Source: Euglena gracilis (taxonomy: Eukaryota). Taken from it: a DNA stretch of 64,000 bases. The notes under the pieces were generated by a model. The model saw only the letters and a program-made list of their open reading frames with translations, made no database searches and was not told the DNA's origin. Position numbers and translations under genes: made by a program. Below are positions 25,074 through 39,120 of this stretch, one piece after another; the stretch's first letter is position 1, and each line of letters begins with the position of its first letter. The stretch is from assembly GCA_039621445.1 (NCBI GenBank), contig CP154954.1:19330642-19394641 (forward strand), written 5' to 3'.

Positions 25074-27511
25074 CTACGAGGTCTCCTCGTCTTCCTCCTC
25101 CTCCTCCTCGGGGTCCTCAGCCTCAGCCCGCCTCCGCTCTCCCATCGGCTCATCCCCAGAGTCCTCGTCGTGGCTGGGACATCCATCGGCTGGATCGCCC
25201 TCAGGTAGAGCTGGAAATGCAAAATGCGTACACAATGCGTGATGGGCTGGCAGCTGGTCTGCCTCAACCTTTCAAGGCCGTGGGCATGCAAAGACCCAGT
25301 GGTTTTAAATCTCACCCTTCAATGTCTGTCTGGATAGTGTCTTTGTCTTTTGTCTATTGTTTCTCTCGCTTTAAATATCATTTTCAGACATTCTTGTAGA
25401 GCAGTCTAAACTTTTGTTGACAGCCACACCAGCCTCAAGCGGTCAGTCAGTGGTCGCTCCAGCTTTTTTTTGCTTTTTTGTCCTAAAAATGACGTTGCGC
25501 GATATTTGCACGCCACAATAATTTTCGGACCACAGATGGAAAGGCGGGGGACGTCGTCTTCAACAATGACACCCACTTGGGAGCACAGAAAACCTTCATC
25601 CAACTCCGTTCATGCCCCATCCGACCCCAACCCGGGAATGGGTCCCGCGGGAAGGCAAGGCGAAAAAAAACCAAGGAATCCCCCACATATCCTCCTCTTC
25701 CTCGTCCTCCTCCCCGTCCCCGTCCCCGTCTTCGCCGCCGGCCTCCGCGGCGGCCCGGGGCCGGGCCAGCAGCAGGCTGAAGTACAGCGGGCCCCACCCG
25801 CACCGGTCGGGGAGGAACGTCCACCCGGCGGCAGGGCTGGCCGGGGGGGGGGGCCGGGACGGGTCCCGCTGGACGGGCGGCTGTTGGCGGCTGGCTCACC
25901 CCCGCCCCCATGTGTGGCTGTTTGTGCGGTGCCTTTTTATCCCGTCTTCTGGCCTGGCGCTGTTGTTTTTCCGCCTCTGGCCATTTTTGTCCGTGTGCAT
26001 GGAGGTGGCCGGAGCCTGGCGGGACTTACCTGGCTGACCCCCCCCCCCGCAGGTTGGGTTCCCCTCACTCCGGGCTCCCAGTCTGGGATTCCCATTGGGG
26101 CGTCGCTCGGCGGCCCCCAGCGGGCAAGCGGAGGAGGTGGGGGATGGCTCCGTTCAGCCCTGCCTGACCCGCGTCGGCTCCGCCCCCAGCGCCGCGGGAC
26201 TGTTGGGGAAGTCGGCCTCCGTGGCCACCTGCAGGGCCGGGGGGGGGGGGGCTGTGGGATGTGTGGGCGGGGGGTGGGGGGAAGGGCCGCTCTGGTGGCG
26301 CCCGGTACTCCCCCTCGCTCTGGTTGGTAGTCGCGCTGGTGGAACCGCGGAAAGGGGGGGGGTAGGGCACACCCTTCGGGTCGAAAATGGAGGAAACCCC
26401 ACCGCCCCTAGGAGGGGGGTCTAAGCCTGGACCCAACCGCCTACCCACCGCCCACCCCCCTCGGGTGACCAAGGGTGACCAAACTTCGAAAAAAAAATAT
26501 CTGGTCCACGGCATTCTTGGTTGCCCACGTTTTCTGTGCTGCAGCGGTGCAAGATGTGTGTGTTTTGTTCGTGTGTGTGCCGGTCGTATGTGGGCGTATG
26601 AGTAAGAATGCATGTGCGTGTGTCGAGGATTACTTTCGAGGTGCTGCCTTCGACATTCTGTTTGTGTGGCCGGCAAAGCTGGTGCCCAGCCATTTTCTGC
26701 AACTTTTACAGACCTGTTCGTGTCTCGTTGATTCGGGCTCCGAATCAACGAGACACGAAGCGGTCTGCTGCAGGCCGAACAGTTGCAACAGATGAACAGT
26801 TGCATAGAGCCGTCTGGAAGCTTTGGAAAGGGGAACAGTTCGTGTTTGTGGACGAAGGGGAAGGGGAGCGGGGACTTGAAGAAGGTTGAAGAGGGGGAAA
26901 TTTTTGGGAATTGCGTTCATTGGCAAAATGAAATGAACGGACCTGAACCAAATCGCCGCGTTTCTTCACCAACTTCTCCACCACCGCATCGTTCTCCAGT
27001 GGGGAAATAGAACACGTGCTATACAGCAGCCGGCCTCCGCAGCCAGGTTGGCTGCTAAAAAAAAAACCCCACACACAGACACGCACACACAGACACACGC
27101 ACACGCACACACGCGTGCACACTGGTGTGTTGGGGTATTACGACGTCCCGTGAATCTGAGTAGACATGGATGAAGGACTTCGAAGCAGATGGGTGGGGTG
27201 GCAGCAAATTGTGTTGGCACTCAGTGCAGAAAATTAGATATTCGATAGAGAACAAGGCATATACCCATTTAATGTGTTTCACAAATGAGAAACAAATTTT
27301 GTGGTATCCTACCATAGATGCCCCACCCCAAAGGTTTCTGGCTGGCCCAAAAGTAGACACCACTAAATTTAGATGCCTTTGAATAAGTACCGGATGGTGA
27401 AATCGTGAGTCACTTTTGTACTGTCCAACTGTTTGCAAATATTTTAGAACCTCAAGCTGCCTCCAAGGCCAAAAAAAAAAAAAAAAAAAACAAAAAAAAA
27501 AAAAAAAAAAC

Positions 27512-27544
<33 letters not shown>

Positions 27545-30500
27545 AAGAAAAAAAAAGAAGAGCTTTTCACCTTTTCACCTTTGAGCATTTCACCAATTGG
27601 GGCAAAATAAAGAGGTCGGGGATCTCAATTCCGGACCTGGCCATGTGTCTGTGCCCATGTTGTGTTTCGCAGGGACCGAACTCCGAGGCATCCCTGGGGC
27701 AGGGGCGACGGCGTGGATGGCCTGCAACAGGATGTCCAGCTGGCGCTTGGCGTTCTGCTTGGTGCGCTTTGGGGTCCCTGTCAGGCTTGCGCTGAAGACC
27801 ACCCGATGAAGTTCCGCTGGCAGGACCGGGGGAGAATGAAAAAAAGGGGGAAATGGGGGGAAAAGGGGGGGAAACAAAAAAAATGAAAAAAATGGGAAAA
27901 CATAGAAAAAAATGAAAAAAAAAGGAAATAATGGGAAAAAATGCAAAAAATGCCCCAAAAAATACCCCAAGATTCCCTGTTGCTGGGTTCTTTCGCCCCC
28001 AAACAACAGGAATACACCGAGCGGAGAAATGCCCACTGCCAGCACCTCCACCCTCCGCCATGAGGAAGAGGGTGCCTAAGAATCTGTTGCCTGGCAACGT
28101 CGTACCTCCCCCAACCCTCAGGGAATTGACTTCGGCCAAGTTGGCGAGCACAAGAGGGGGAGGCAACCTCCCCATCTGTCCCGGTGGCGAGCACTGCCCC
28201 AAAGGACAACTTTGCAAGGGAAGCCAACGTTGGAGTCGGGAGTTGTCACGGGGGGGGGGGGTAGTGTGGTGTTGCACAGCTGAAAACCATGCAGGCGATG
28301 CCCACCGTCCGGACCTTGTCCAGTGCAGGCGAATACCTACCCCCCCCCCCGGGGAAACTGTCACCTGACTGGTTGGCCAGTACCGGGGACCCTGACAGTT
28401 TCCCGAGCGGGACCCTGACAGTTTCCCGGGTAGGGCATTTCAAGGGAAAGTCAATGAAAAATGACCCTGACAGGTTGACCGGTACCGGGGACCCTGGCAA
28501 CTTCCTATACTGACAGGTTGGCCGGTAGCGGGGACCCTGACAGTTTCCCGTGCGGGACCCTGACAGGTTCTCGGGCATGACAGTTTCCCGGGGGGGGGGG
28601 GGTAGGTATGAGCTGTTTGGAGAGGGGCACCACTGTGGGTGCTTGTGCCCACAGTGGGGACCCTGCAAATGTGGAACCACCCTCCTATCGTGGTGGTAAG
28701 CATCGTCCTAAAACTATTGTGGATGTTCCGCTGGCCCATTTCGCGGGGGGGGGGGACCACAACACGGATGTCAAAAAAAAATGACGCAAAAAAAAAATAA
28801 GAGAACCAAAAAAAAAAGCAATAAAAACGAAAAATATGAAAAATACGAAATTTCGGCAAATCAAAAAAAACACAAAAAAAACACGCAAAATTTGCCTATG
28901 CCCCCCTCCCTCGCGTTGCTCCATCAACAGCCCGTCGCAACCAGACGATTGCTGAAAAGCACACGCCGGGGCCACGTCAACAGCTCCTTTGGGTCATGCA
29001 GCAGGTGGCGCTCCGAGGAACACGGGGCGTCCAGCAGCACCGCGTGGAAGTCCCTGCGGGATGGGGCGGGGAAGGGGAAATAGTGGACGCGTGAGGCGGA
29101 CAGAAGCAGGGCGTAGCTTAGCCCCGAGGAGGTGGGGGGGGGGGGGTGTCCAGCTCAGAGGCTTAGAGGCTGGCAAATTTGGGCCGGCTGGAAAAAGCCT
29201 CTCTCCATAGGATCCCTGGTTGGAGCTGACCTCACCTGTGGTCGAAGCGGGAGCAAAAAAAATTGAAACTGCAAAAAAAAAAAAACTGCAGATTATGCAA
29301 ATGTCGAGGTTTGCCAAGGTTCGACTGGGCAGCCATTTTCAACCCATCCTTGCCAATTTTTGGCCCATCTTCACATTAAAGAAAAATGCCAAAAAAAATC
29401 GTTTTTGGGTGCCTTTGTTGGCATATCAACAGATAATACATAAAAAAACATAATTATTCTGGGGCAAAGTGCCAGGGAAGGAAAATGTTGGTTCTTGAGG
29501 GGTCCCTGGACCCTCTTTGGTCCAGAGAGGCAGGGAGTTAGGCCCTACTTGTTCAAAAGCACGCTTCCTCAGCACTCAACGGTGGGGTCTTGAAAAAAGC
29601 ACACCGCCTTCGCCACCCTCCATGCTGAACGGGAGACCGCACGGGGGCGGACATCAAAATGGAAAAGGGGGGTTTGATGGACACGGGGTGGGGTTCCTTC
29701 TCACTGGCGACGGGCGCAGTTCCGCAGTCCTGGGTCGCACCGGCCGGGCCAGGGCAGCGCACTTGACGGGGGCCCCGCGGGCGCTGCGGCGCCACTGGGT
29801 GGCGTCGTGGCCCGTCACCGCCGCGACGTGCTTCCGCGCGTACGGCACGTAGTCCTTCAGCACCTTGAGGAGGCGCGCCCGCCGCGGGGCCGACATTTCG
29901 TTGCGGGCAGGGCAGGGGCCAACGGAGTGGGCCAGAGAATGGGCCGTGGGTTGCCCGGGGGATGCTCGCGTGCGTGGGTGTCACACTTCCGCAGAACGCA
30001 TTGTGCGTATGCAATGCTTAGGTTTGGTGGCCTAATATATGACCACCACATACATGCATACAGATACATGCATACAGAACCCCAGAAAAAGTAATTTCCT
30101 ATAACAATATTTTTCAAAAGAATATCACCTGTATAAAAAAAAACATACACTTTGAAAACAGAAATAAATGTGCCAAACACATCTGCCAAAAAATGGAAAG
30201 TTCCAAATTGTGCAAGCATGCAAAAGAGGACCAAAGAATGAGAAAATATGTAAAATTTGAGGGAAAATCTTTTTGAAATCTACGGCGCCAGTTGGAATAA
30301 ATTTTCTCGACTTTTGTTGGGTAGAGGCCTGGATCCCCTTCCTGGCATCCAGGGGGGGGGGGTTCCTTCAATTTTCCATGGGTTTCGAGATATTTTGGAA
30401 AAGTTGAATTTCACCCCACAGTGGTCAAAAAATGCCCAAGTCTCCCCTTGGGGGCCAGTGTTTTGGACCCCCGACGGCCCGTATCTCAGGCTGGTAGTGC

Positions 30501-33500
30501 AGCTGGGTTTCTGGGTCTCCACCAGTGGTTATGCGGTACCAGGGGCTTCAATTTTGCCCACCACAGGTGTTTCCTTCAATTCCCCACGGGTTTGAATATT
30601 TTTTGAAAATCGATTTTTGACCCCAGAATGGCCTAAAAATGGACCCGGGGTGTAAATTTCTTCTAAGTTGGAAGGCACCTCGGGGGTACCACCAGTTCAC
30701 CACACCTAAACCACACCTAGGTGTTTCTTCGAGCCCTGGGACCAATTCCATCATTTGTCCTCCTATCCTAATATACTGCAATTTATTGTTTCCTTGGCAT
30801 GAAAACACACGCAGAAAGGATATTTAATAAACAAAAAATTTTGTTTTTGTTGTTGTTGTTGCTGTTGTTGTTGTTGTTGTTCATGAATGTATTTATGCAA
30901 CTGATGCATGTGTTGATTCAAGCAAGTTCGCAGATTTGCAACACAAATGCATGACACCCACGTGAGCACATGCAAATTCACACACATGCACACGTCCTTA
31001 CACACAAACACTCACTCACTCACTCACTCACTCACTCACTCATTCACTCACTCACTCACTCACTCACTCACTCAGTCACTCACTCACTCACTCATGCACA
31101 CACGCACATGCGCACACGCACGGACACACACACACGCAGGCATTCACTCCCCCTCGCTGCCTTGCTCACTTACTCACTCACTCATTCACTTACCCATTAC
31201 ACACCACATACACACACAGTTGCGATCGCACTTGAAAGAGAAAGACACCTTTCATTCCGGCATATCTACCTGAACCAACACGGCAGATGGTCGGCCGCCG
31301 CCCTGGAGGCACACCACCCGTCCTCCCTCACCCACTGCCTCAGCCAGGATGAGCGACTTGCCCCCCGGGGCCGCACACAGGTCCAGAACGCGGTCGCCCG
31401 GCTTCGCCCCGACCGCCCAGGCGGCCACCACGCTGCCGAAGTCCATCAGGTAGTAGAGGCACAGGCTGCCGTCGCGGCACCGCGGTGGGGCCAGGCAAAG
31501 CACCCATACGTGTGCTGTGGGGTGGTGGGCAGCCACACTACCGCCGCATTCCGGTGCAGGTGCATCGGTCAAGGTGCAATCCTCCTAGACCAAAAAGGAA
31601 GGTTGTTTCCAGAGCAGACCTATGTTTAGTGTGTATCAGCGATACACACCGATACACACGATCTTTTTTGCCGATACACACCGATACACAAAAAAAATTG
31701 CCGATACGCACTGATCACAAAAATTTTTTTGCCGATACACACCGATACACAAATTTTGTTTGCTGATACACACCGACACACAAATTTTTTACAAAAATGG
31801 GAAAAAAAACATGGGTTAATCTTTTGACACCATTGCCACAGAGCTATGTGGACATTGGCCCCAGCTCAACCCGTAAAGTGTGGTAGGGAATCTCACCCTA
31901 CTGTTCTGGTTGGGGGAGGGGTGCTACTCCCTCACATGGCAAATGCAGAGGCCCGGATGCATCTGCGCATGCCCATACCCCGGCTCTCCTTTTTTGAAAT
32001 TTTACTTTTTTTTGTTTTTTCTTCTTTTTTTTGAGACGTTCAACACATGACAGACAGAATCTGTCAAGGTGTGCTGCTTGTAGCTGCACTGATTTGCATA
32101 TCTTGGGAACGTCTTCCACTAACCGCCTGGTCACGCCAGGGGAATTGTTAGAGACCTGCAAGAGAAATGGGAAAGTCTGGTGGTGGCCGACCGGTTTCCT
32201 GCGGGGGTGATGGGCGACTTTTCATGCGTCTCTGGAACAGACCTCTGTTTAGTGTGTATCGGCAAAAAAAATTTGTGTATCGTGTGTATCGGCAAAAATT
32301 TTTTGTGTATTGGTGTGTATCGGGAAAAAAATTTTGTGTATCGGTGTGTATCGGCAAAAAATAATTTGTGTATCGGTGTGTATCGGCAAAAAGAAATTGT
32401 GCATCGTTTTTTTTTTGAATTTGTGAATCGGCTTTTCGAAATGAAGGATTTGACACCAAAGAGACTTTCCCATTTCTCAGCATCTCTCCCCCCCTGGCGT
32501 GAGGCGGTTAGTGGAAGACGTCAAGATTTACAAGAAAGTTAACATTAAAAAAAAAACAATGTCAGCCCCATGTTGGGGACAAACCGACAACCTGGTACCG
32601 ACCGATATTCCGGCCAGTGCTCACCTGGTCGGGGTCCCTGGTGGCAGCTTTTGGGCGATGAGGCAGTTCTCAAAGATGGGGTGGGAGGCTGCAGCAGTGA
32701 CCGGCCGGCAGTCGGCCGGAAGATGGCCAGAGGGGCAAAGGCAGCCCCCGCAGGTACGGGTTCCAGAGAGCCCAAATCATCGTCGTTGGAAGGTCAACGA
32801 GGGGGGTGGGCAGCTGACGATGAGGCCAATCGAGGCAGGGCGGCACCGTCCAGGCGCCCAAGGGGGCATTCCGAAAGGACCACCTTCGCTGAACTCCTGT
32901 CTGAAGAGCTGCGCCTGAGGGGAAAAGTCCAGATATTTTTTTACCACCCCCCCCCCCTATGTCCAACGACCGGTAACCTCTGTCCAATCACCTGACAGAT
33001 TCCAAATTTTAGCCCGCGGTCGGCTGCGGTCGGCCGCGGTCGGCCGCGGTCGGCTGCGGTCGGCTGCGGTCGGCCGCGGTCGGCCGCGGTCGGCTGCAGT
33101 TGGCTGTAGGTGGGGGGCAGGCCAACAAAAAATGAGCGTATACCACAATCACGCAATCCACTGTTGCCGACTTTTGGCCACTTTTCGCTGCCTTTGGCCA
33201 GTTTTGGATGCTTTTGGACTGCTTTTGGCCACTTTTTGCTGCTTTTGACTGTCTTTTGGCCACTGTTGCCGACTTTTGGTCGATTTTTGCTGCCTTTGCC
33301 CATTATTTCCTGCCTTTTGCTTTCTTTTGGTCACTTTTTGTTGCTTTTGCCCACTTTTTGCTGTGTTTTGGCTGCTTTTGGCCAGCTTTTGCTTTGCTTT
33401 GACCTCTTTTGACCACTTTTGGCCTCTGTAACCTACTTTTGACCACTTTTCTCGGTCTTTGGCCATTTTTACCCACTTCTGGCCACTTTCAGGCTACTTT

Positions 33501-36500
33501 AAACGTCTGTTTGTTGCTTTTGACATCAAGAGCAGTCAAATGTGACCTAAAAAGATGGCCTAAAAGTGGTAAAAAATGGTTAAAATGGCCAAAAGTTCCA
33601 AAAGCAGGCAAAAAAATAACAAAAATTTTGGGCCAAAAATGGCCCAAAATGACCCTGCTTTTGGCCAATTTGGGTCACTTTAGCAGCTTTTGTTCGGTTT
33701 TGGCAACAAACTGGCGCAAAATGCTTAAAATGGTCAAATTGGACCAAAAAGAGACCAAAAAAATGGCAAAAATAACAAAAGAAAAGGTCGAAAGTGGTTT
33801 TAAATGGTCAAAAATGGCCCAAAATGACCTAAAATGGCCCAAGAGCAGGACAAAATGGCCCAAAATTACAAGAAATGGGCAAAAAGTGGCCAAAAATGGT
33901 CAAAATGGGTCAAAATGGGTGAATTATGGTGGCAAATGGACCAAAAGGGGGCAAAAGCGACCAAAAATGGCCAAAAAGTGGCCAAAAGTGGCCAAAAGTG
34001 ACAACGTGAGCCAGATGAGCCAGAAAAGTTCTCAACATCTGGGATAAAAATGAGCCTAATTCATCATTCTCACTGAAAAATTGACATCGATTAGAAAAAA
34101 GTTGTGCGGTCGGCTGCGGTCGGCTGCGGTCGGCTGCGGTCGGCTGCGGTCGGCTGCGGTCGGCACCCCACCTATGACAGTCCTGAAACCCGCGGTCGGC
34201 CGCGGTCGGCTGCGGTCGGCTGCGGTCGGCTGCGGTCGGCATAGGTGCCTGGCTCTGTCCTCTGACTGGGGGGGGGGGGCGGTCGTTGGACATAGGGTAT
34301 TGACCAAAAAGGTGTCCTCTGACCGGGGGGGGGGGGGGCGTTGGACACAGGGTCGGGGAAAAAGGTTTGCCGAAACCCCCCCAAACAGGTCAAAGTTTTC
34401 CTTCCGGCGCTTCGCGCCCCCATTTCCAGCCCTGTCAACGAATATTTACTTAAATATCACCCAAAACTGACATCCTTGGACGATTTTGTTGCGGAGATCA
34501 CGTCAACAGAACATGCAAAGAAATGCAAACGAAGGTTGGTGACCAATGTAAATAAAGAGGCTCTGTGACAGAAAACACTGGTCACGGAAACGAAACGGAA
34601 TCACAGCGGCGCAACCATAACGCAACTTCCTCTTCCCTCCCATCGCTTCTCTTACATGTCTCTCCAACCATCACTCCATCACCCTTTTTTGGGGTACTGG
34701 GCGGTTGGTGAAACCCTTTCTCCGATCCCACATCACGGCAAAATCTTGCACAACTTTTCCATCCTTTCCCACCACAGGTGCAGCTTCCTTCTTTTTCTTC
34801 GGTCCTTCCATCTTTGGGATCTCCAAATTGGAGGAATGAAATCATCCCGCATCACATCACGTGTGAAATACAGTTTCCCTCCAAAACTGTGTGCCAAGTC
34901 CCATGTTCCCCTCTTGCCCTCAGCAAACAGGATCACTTTGGAATCGAAAAAACCCCATTGCTTCAAAATCGGGGGAAAAAAACAAAGATACCCAGTCGAC
35001 AATCCCTGCATTCCATCAACCATCTTCACTCCATCGTACAACCCAGCAAACACCCGAAAATGTCATGGTGGAATGTTGGGAGTGTGGTGAAGCTCCTTCA
35101 ACAACCGCAGGCATTATCTCCCCGGTGGAGCGCTCGTTAATGCACAAAACTCCCCAGAGGGAACATTCTAATGGACGATGGGCTGCAGTGTAGAAGAGAA
35201 GGGCAGAAGAAAAGCCTTTCAGGGCTGGCAAACTCCGGCTTTCACACACCTGCAGAAAAACATCAAACCTCCGAAAAGGTGTCCTCTGACGGGGGGGGTC
35301 GTTGGACATAGGGGGGTCGTTGGGCATAGGGGGGGGGGGTCGTTGGACGGGGGGGGGGGGTAAAATGTAATTCTGTCTCCACAAACGACAAATATACAAA
35401 TATATACAAATATACAAATTGCAAAAAAAAATACAGCTGAGGCAAATTGCACTCACCGTCTCTTGCACGTGCCAAAAAAATACAGCAGCAGCTGTCATGA
35501 AATGTTTTAGGGGCGGAGTATGAACTGTCTTCTTGCATCGTTTAAGGTATCGTTTACCATGTTTTAGCAGGGAAAGCGTGTAGACACCAGACAGCACAAC
35601 TTTTTCTTGGCCTAAGCCAAACCACCCACTCCTCTCTACTTTCCCCCCGGGGCAAAATGCTGTCGCCGGCAGTTGGTTTTGTAGAGTAGGACTTTCCTTT
35701 TGCGTGGTCAGGTTTGACTGGCCATGCTCCCTGCCCAGGTTTGACTGGTCAGGTGCCCCCCCTCCTTCCACACCTTCCCCATGGGTTTTCCTGGAATGCC
35801 CATGGACCCTACCCCAAGTGCCTTTGGCACACCCAAACTGGGTGGATGGGTTTGCTGAGCAAGGAAACCTGCCAGCCCCATTTTCCCCAGCGGGCTATAA
35901 TATACTATACCCATAAGCCTAGCAAAATAGGTGAAACCGTTTTGCGCGTTTTGGCTTTTTGGGTCCCCCTCCTTTCCGCCCCCCCCCCCCTCTTTTTGAG
36001 TGGACCCCTGTGCGACGGAAAGGGACCCTGTGGATGCGCCAGGGTGCACCTCCTACAGACCAGGTCTGTGTCCGAAATCCCTGTGGCCAGAATGCCTGGT
36101 CCAAAGGGGAAATCGGGCATAGCCCTGGGAGGGGGATGTGTACCAGGCGTATGCTTCTGTCCACTTCCGTTGAGGAAGTTAGGACGGAAGCAGATCCTAT
36201 TAGGATCTCCTAATGGGTGCCCCTTCTCTCTCCACAGGTGGTATTCTTTATATTATTTATTTTCCCTTTCTTCCTCGGACTTATTATAGTCCGTTATCCT
36301 TTCCCATCCTCTCTCTGTGCTTTGCTTCTCGGGAAGTTGGGAAAAGGGTTTTTTGTTACTCTGATTTTCTCTTCCCTAAGTAGGTCCGCACCAAGGCGAA
36401 AGCGAGGCTTTTTGGGGAAAAGGGAAGATCAGACGTACACTAAAATACCCAAAGAGTCGAAACTATTTTGGCACAGTTCCAGCGGGTCATTGGGATAAGA

Positions 36501-37813
36501 ACACACCTCCTCCATCGGGGCAAAGCCGTTGACGCGGACAATGTGCTGAGTGGGTTGGGATGGGGCCCATCGGTGCTGAGAATAAGAACAGGAGTGCGGC
36601 CCACTTTCTTTCTTGGTGTTGTGGCTGACTTTCTTGCTGCGAGACACCAGGAGTTTGGGGCTTCAAGAGCAAAGTAAACCCTCCCCTCAAATAATACCAC
36701 CCCCAAATAATACTCCCCCCGCTCGGGTTCCAGCTTCGGCGACCGAATCAATACCCTCCCCCCAATCTCGGGCCGACGACCCGGATTTTGACCTGAAAAC
36801 ATAAGTAAAAAATCTCAATCTCTGACAAAAAAAATACGAAAAGAAATCGATTTTTCTGGATCATCTGGCTTCCAAAGATGCTGAATTTCATGAGAAAATA
36901 CAAAAAAAATGACCCCAAAGGGTGGTTTTGGGTGCTGTTTTGGGCCCGTATTACGGGACTTCGAAAAATTTGGGGTGTGATTGCCCCGCCCAAACAATGG
37001 CCCTCCCCCCCCGGGCCGGGTCGGGCGAAAAAAAAAAAGAATACCCAGGGGGTTATTACTTGGGGGGGGGGTAGTAAGGTTACTACCCAACCAAGAGGAA
37101 AAATAGTAAACATCCCAGTCCTCCCAGGGGGTTATTACTTGGGGGGGGGGGTAGTAAGGTTACTACCCAACCAAGAGGAAAAATAGTAAACATCCCAGTC
37201 CTTTTTTTTAATATTTTTTCATGCATAATCAAGCTTAGCTCGTTGCCTGAATACACATTTTCCCATCAGAGGCATGTCCCCATCGATCCGTCCCCCAGGA
37301 ACACACTGACAGTGGCCACCGCCACCCCTCGCCACCGCGGCGGTGCATGAGATTCACCCCAGGCGCTGCATCGCCTGCCTGAGGCCAACCCAGCGGCCGC
37401 CGTACACCGCTGCATAGTGGGCGTCAAAGGCCCGCAGGGTGGCCGCTAGGCGGTCTGGTTGCCGGGGCACCGACGTTGAGGCCAAGAAGCACTTAGGACA
37501 ACACGCACACACCACACACACACACACATATGGCACACACACACACACACATAACACCACACATAACACACACACACACCCTTGCAACACGCATGCACAA
37601 CACACACGCACGCATTCATGCACAACACACACACACACACACACACCACGCACACACACAACGCATGCACAACACAGCACGCATACACGCACGCACGCAC
37701 GCACGCACACAGATTTCTCTGAGACGAATTTGTATTAAAAGGACCACAAAAAAAATGCGGGAGGCTCCTCCCCATCAACGTGAGGGCCGATCCCCTTTCC
37801 GCTTCGGGCCCAT
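25074..37813 (-). CDS. RsmB/NOL1/NOP2/Sun-family RNA m5C methyltransferase, NSUN3/NSUN4-like
   Basis: In-frame exons 36507-36545, 32884-32914, 32631-32688, 31309-31486, 29763-29902, 28973-29053, 27700-27776, 26943-27037, 26166-26228 and 25826 downward give YYLMDFGSVVAA, VLDLCAAPGGKS, NEMS..RR, VLLDAPCSSER, LLYSTCSISPLEND and FLPD..WGPLYF. The N-terminal exon ~37358-37454 reads FDAHYAAVYGGRW. The start (37813), the 37358-36545 junction and the last acidic exon (~25074-25210) are not firmly resolved. Confidence 0.88.
25827..26165 (-). other. Nonconventional intron in the NSUN-like gene
   Basis: gtc|aggCAGGGCTG...CAGCCCTGccgcc|g with a perfect 8-bp inverted repeat; gives TRV|GWTFLPD. Confidence 0.85.
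27038..27699 (-). other. Nonconventional intron (N3+N6) in the NSUN-like gene
   Basis: g|cccCAGG...CCTGgctgcg|ga; gives VAP-G-GRLLYSTC. Confidence 0.75.
27777..28972 (-). other. Nonconventional intron in the NSUN-like gene
   Basis: tg|gccCCGgcgtgtgc...gcgcaagcCTGacagg|g; gives LLT-W-TPKR. Confidence 0.75.
28326..28615. mobile_element. MITE with GGGACCCTGACAG internal repeats; second copy at ~10-132
   Basis: Inverted ends ATACCTAC(C)nGGGAAACTGTCA / TGACAGTTTCCC(G)nTAGGTAT; the same motifs occur at the window start. No TSD recognised. Confidence 0.75.
29903..31308 (-). other. Nonconventional intron in the NSUN-like gene
   Basis: tgc|ctcCAGGGCGGCGGCC...GGCCCCTGCCCTGcccgc|a; gives VVC|NEMS. 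Confidence 0.88.
31008..31095. repeat. (ACTC)n microsatellite
   Basis: Seen directly. Confidence 0.95.
31487..32630 (-). other. Nonconventional intron in the NSUN-like gene
   Basis: cc|gacCAGGtgAGCAC...GTGCTttgCCTGgcccc|a; in frame; the flanking 8-mers ACCCCGAC and GCCCCACC match at 5 of 8 positions. Confidence 0.75.
31630..32390. repeat. GCCGATACACACCGATACAC repeat clusters in opposite orientation
   Basis: Cluster at 31640-31783 and its reverse complement at 32250-32390. Confidence 0.85.
33014..34240. repeat. (CGGCTGCGGT)n arrays flanking a degenerate TTTTGGCC/GGCCAAAA fold-back region
   Basis: 10-bp arrays at 33014-33100 and 34105-34240; the interior switches from T-rich to A-rich at ~33530. 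Confidence 0.85.
37044..37202 (+). repeat. ~80-bp direct tandem duplication
   Basis: CCCAGGGGGTTATTACTT(G)nTAGTAAGGTTACTACCCAACCAAGAGGAAAAATAGTAAACATCCCAGTCCT occurs twice. Confidence 0.95.
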
Positions 37814-37833
37814 CACACATCGGCTGTTATGGT

Positions 37834-37932
37834 CGCTACAGGGCAGATTGCAAGAAATGACATTGATCTGTTGCAAGGAGGGCACTCAACCAGCCAACGA
37901 TGCAGACCGAAGTATCATCCCCTGCCCTGTCA
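37834..37932 (-). other. Candidate 99-nt nonconventional intron upstream of the NSUN-like start
   Basis: a|tgaCAGGGCAG...CTGCCCTGtagcg|a with a perfect 8-bp inverted repeat; removal puts the ATG at 37948 in frame with MGPKRK. Confidence 0.5.
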
Positions 37933-38544
37933 TGTGGGCGGCCGCCATGCCAATTTTCAATTTTCGAAATGGACACATTAGCCTGCAAAAGTTTGGGGAC
38001 GCAAAAGAGCAAAAGAGCAAAAGTGCAAAAGTTAGGAAATTACCACAAAATGAGCAATTGTTGAATACTCAGGGTTAATCTGGAGCCATCACCGCATGCA
38101 ATTGTTTGTCGACTTGCCACCCCTTTCGAAAACGTTTCAATGATTCAATAATTCTCATGTATTTTTCTTGAAGAGCTCTTGATTGCACAATACTGCGCGA
38201 GAGGAAGCACATACCTGAATGGTCTGCAAAAAACCCTTGTGAAACTATTTTTGCAAATACTCTACTTCTACCCCAAAAAACTCTAACGTGATGATTACTG
38301 CCTCAATTTTTCAACAAAGAGGGGCTCCATCTGCGCATTTCATCATTTCATTTCATCACAAATCGCACAATGTGAAGATTGGTTGTGAAAATATCAAGAA
38401 CACAGAAGTGAACAACAAACGGGGGGGAGAATGCAACATGGACCTTGAAAAAAGCGGCACAAAAATACAAAAACGAGCAAGAAAACGCAAAAAAAAAAAC
38501 GCAAGTGTGTGGGTGTGTATGCTTAAATACATACATATACACAC

Positions 38545-39120
38545 ACATACATACATACATACATACATACATACATACATACATACATACATACATACAT
38601 ACATACATACATACATACATACATACATACATACATACATACATACATACATACATACATACATACATACATACATACATACATACATACATACATACAT
38701 ACATACATACATACCTACATACATACATACATACATACATACATACATACATACATACATACATACATACATACATACATACATACATACATACATACAG
38801 ACATACATACATACATACATACATACATACATACATACATACATACATACATACATACATACATACATACATACATACATACATACATACATACATACAT
38901 ACATACATACATACATACATACATACATACATACATACATACATACATACATACATACATACATACATACATACATACATACATACATACATACATACAT
39001 ACATACATACATACATACATACATACATACATACATACATACATACATACATACATACATACATACATACATACATACATACATACATACATACATGCAT
39101 ACATACATACATACATACAT
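38545..39120. repeat. (TACA)n microsatellite, ~570 bp
   Basis: Nearly perfect tetranucleotide array. Confidence 0.99.

Noticed and set aside
20493-31308. Intact 8-bp TSDs at host-gene nonconventional introns
   Set aside because: The flanking 8-mers checked match at only about 3-5 of 8 positions. This is compatible with decay but is not evidence on its own in GC-rich DNA.
33409-34047. Lys/Trp-rich repetitive ORF
   Set aside because: Translation of the degenerate AAAATGGCC repeat inside an intron.
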